A stretch of 64,000 nt of DNA from contig CAWGBW010000004.1 of NCBI GenBank assembly GCA_963820895.1, positions 10,023 through 74,022 of the forward strand. Direction: 5' to 3'. This DNA comes from an uncultured Acidobacteriota bacterium. GTDB lineage: Bacteria > Acidobacteriota > Terriglobia > Terriglobales > Acidobacteriaceae. Numbering within the stretch: position 1 is the stretch's first letter; each line of letters starts with the position of its first letter. The notes beneath the pieces are model-generated. The model did no database searches. It worked only from the letters and a program-made list of their open reading frames with translations, and was not told where the DNA came from. The position numbers and the translations under genes are program-made. Below are positions 62,712 through 64,000 of this stretch, piece by piece.

Positions 62712-64000
62712 CGATCGCCTATCTTGCGAATGAGTTTCCGTCGCCAGTTGAGCCTTACGTCCGTGAAGAAATCGACGAGTTGCGCAGCAGAGGCGTGCGG
62801 ATTGTCGCCGGAAGCGTGCGAAAGGTGCGTGGCGGAGGGAATCTTCCTAACGGGGACTGCGCGGAAGTTGTTGTGCAGTCGATGTCACTCGGGCTCGCGG
62901 CTCAAGCTGTGTGGCTGTGTATTCGAAGATGGGCGCAAGTCTGGATCTTAATGAAGCGGGTTCTGTCGAGTGGAAATGAATCCGTCCCACAGCGCATGAA
63001 GGCAGTGGTTCACACGTTTCTGGGAGCGTGTTACGCGGTACATCTGGAGAACCGCAGAGTCGACCACATCCATGTGCATCACGGGTATTACGGGTCGTGG
63101 ATCGCAATGACCGCAGCCTTGCTCAAGGATGTGCCGTTCAGCATGACGCTGCATGGATCGGATTTGCTGCTGCACGGCACATACCTCGACTTGAAACTCA
63201 AACACTGCGCATTTTGCCTGACTGTTTCGGAGTACAACCGGCAATTCATCCTGAGCCATTATCCGAAAGTTGATCCCAGAAAATTGTTCGTGGCGCGTCT
63301 CGGGGTGGAGTCACCGCTCCACTTGCCGCAAGCCAAGACGTCTCAACGGTGTCCTTCCAGCCTCTCGTTGTTGGCCGTGGGCCGGCTTCATCCCGTCAAG
63401 GATCACGCATTCCTCATCGACGCTTGTCAGCAATTGCGATCTTTCGATGTGCCGTTCGAATGCATGATTGCCGGCGAAGGTCCGGAGCGCAGTCATCTGG
63501 AAGCGCTTATCCAAAGGTATGGTCTCGAGGAGCGCATCACGCTGCTCGGCCACGTGCAACGCGAGCAAATGGCGTCGCTCTACGATCGCGCGGATCTGGT
63601 GGTGCTCACCAGTCGGAGCGAGGGTATTCCGTTGGTGCTTATGGAGGCGATGGGCCGGGGGAAAATCGTACTTGCGCCGGAAATCACTGGAATTCCGGAA
63701 CTGGTGATCGCGGGGCAGACCGGCTTCCTCTATCGAGCGGGATCGATCGACGATTTTGTCGATCGCCTTCTCTTCATTCACATGATGATGCGATCGCCCG
63801 CGGTGAATGAAGCACACGGCAATGGTCGCATCCGTTCGGCAAACAAGACTCTGGACTGGATTCGCCATGCCGCCCACGTCCAGGTGCTCCACAACTTCAA
63901 TCGCCAGGAAAATCTGAAATCGTTTGGAGATCTATTTCTGCGGCGAATCGAGCCGCAAAGCGAGACTACCCCCGATGAGAATTTTGTTCTGCAACAAATA
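62705..64000 (+). CDS. Glycosyltransferase family 4 (WcaL-like), runs off the right edge
   Basis: Hand translation from the ATG at 62705 (ATGCTGA overlap with the upstream stop) gives MLTIAYLANEFPSPVEPYV...GRLHPVKD...SEGIPLVLMEAMGRGKIVLAPEITGIPELV. The frame stays open to 64000 and is absent from the ORF track. Confidence 0.8.
   Translation, partial: MLTIAYLANEFPSPVEPYVREEIDELRSRGVRIVAGSVRKVRGGGNLPNGDCAEVVVQSMSLGLAAQAVWLCIRRWAQVWILMKRVLSSGNESVPQRMKAVVHTFLGACYAVHLENRRVDHIHVHHGYYGSWIAMTAALLKDVPFSMTLHGSDLLLHGTYLDLKLKHCAFCLTVSEYNRQFILSHYPKVDPRKLFVARLGVESPLHLPQAKTSQRCPSSLSLLAVGRLHPVKDHAFLIDACQQLRSFDVPFECMIAGEGPERSHLEALIQRYGLEERITLLGHVQREQMASLYDRADLVVLTSRSEGIPLVLMEAMGRGKIVLAPEITGIPELVIAGQTGFLYRAGSIDDFVDRLLFIHMMMRSPAVNEAHGNGRIRSANKTLDWIRHAAHVQVLHNFNRQENLKSFGDLFLRRIEPQSETTPDENFVLQQI

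Noticed and set aside
1-64000. Search for an integron integrase, other tyrosine/serine recombinases, cas genes, toxin-antitoxin pairs or known defence genes
   Set aside because: No ORF on either strand shows the corresponding motifs. Only the IS110-type DEDD transposases are present.

Overview
The gene content of this 64 kb window looks like a soil Acidobacteriota chromosome. That lineage call is an inference from family content: several VWFA-related 'acidobacterial' domain proteins, a PadR regulator followed by a membrane-anchored protein, PilZ, fasciclin, GH29/GH26, and Wza/Wzz/WbaP-type EPS genes. There are three blocks. (1) 1-7.5 kb holds ordinary small genes (DUF2127, SRPBCC membrane protein, PilZ, OsmC, tRNA-Leu(CAG), STAS). 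(2) About 7.6-27.3 kb holds about 25 copies of one family of imperfect palindromes, 48-140 bp long. All have the same polarity. They start ...AAC|TG and end ...CAG|TT, and each pair is separated by roughly one gene. I read this as an integron-type gene-cassette array of attC sites with no integron integrase in the window (CALIN-like). It begins less than 1 kb from the tRNA-Leu and carries an intact IS110-family element plus a second IS110-like remnant. ORFs in the array point in both directions. It also contains tandem ORF-less attC copies, a gene-remnant cassette and a mini-ORF cassette. (3) 27.4-64 kb is housekeeping and accessory chromosome: Rrf2, ArsR-SRPBCC, a 4x repeat protein, ABC-2 exporter, Crp/Fnr, fucosidase, Big_2 lipoprotein, a 1095-aa VWA protein, fasciclin, TatA, RpiA, a PilZ-TonB_C fusion, PadR-S41 peptidase, and LuxR plus an EPS export/assembly locus that runs off the right edge. 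Other items worth a second look: an ORF-free, purine-rich 0.3 kb segment at about 31.27-31.59 kb with internal repeats and a perfect 12-bp long-range complement (candidate structured RNA), and several disrupted genes (in-frame stop, frameshift, sortase remnant). All coordinates of non-ORF features were counted by hand and may be off by a few nt. No database search or folding was run.
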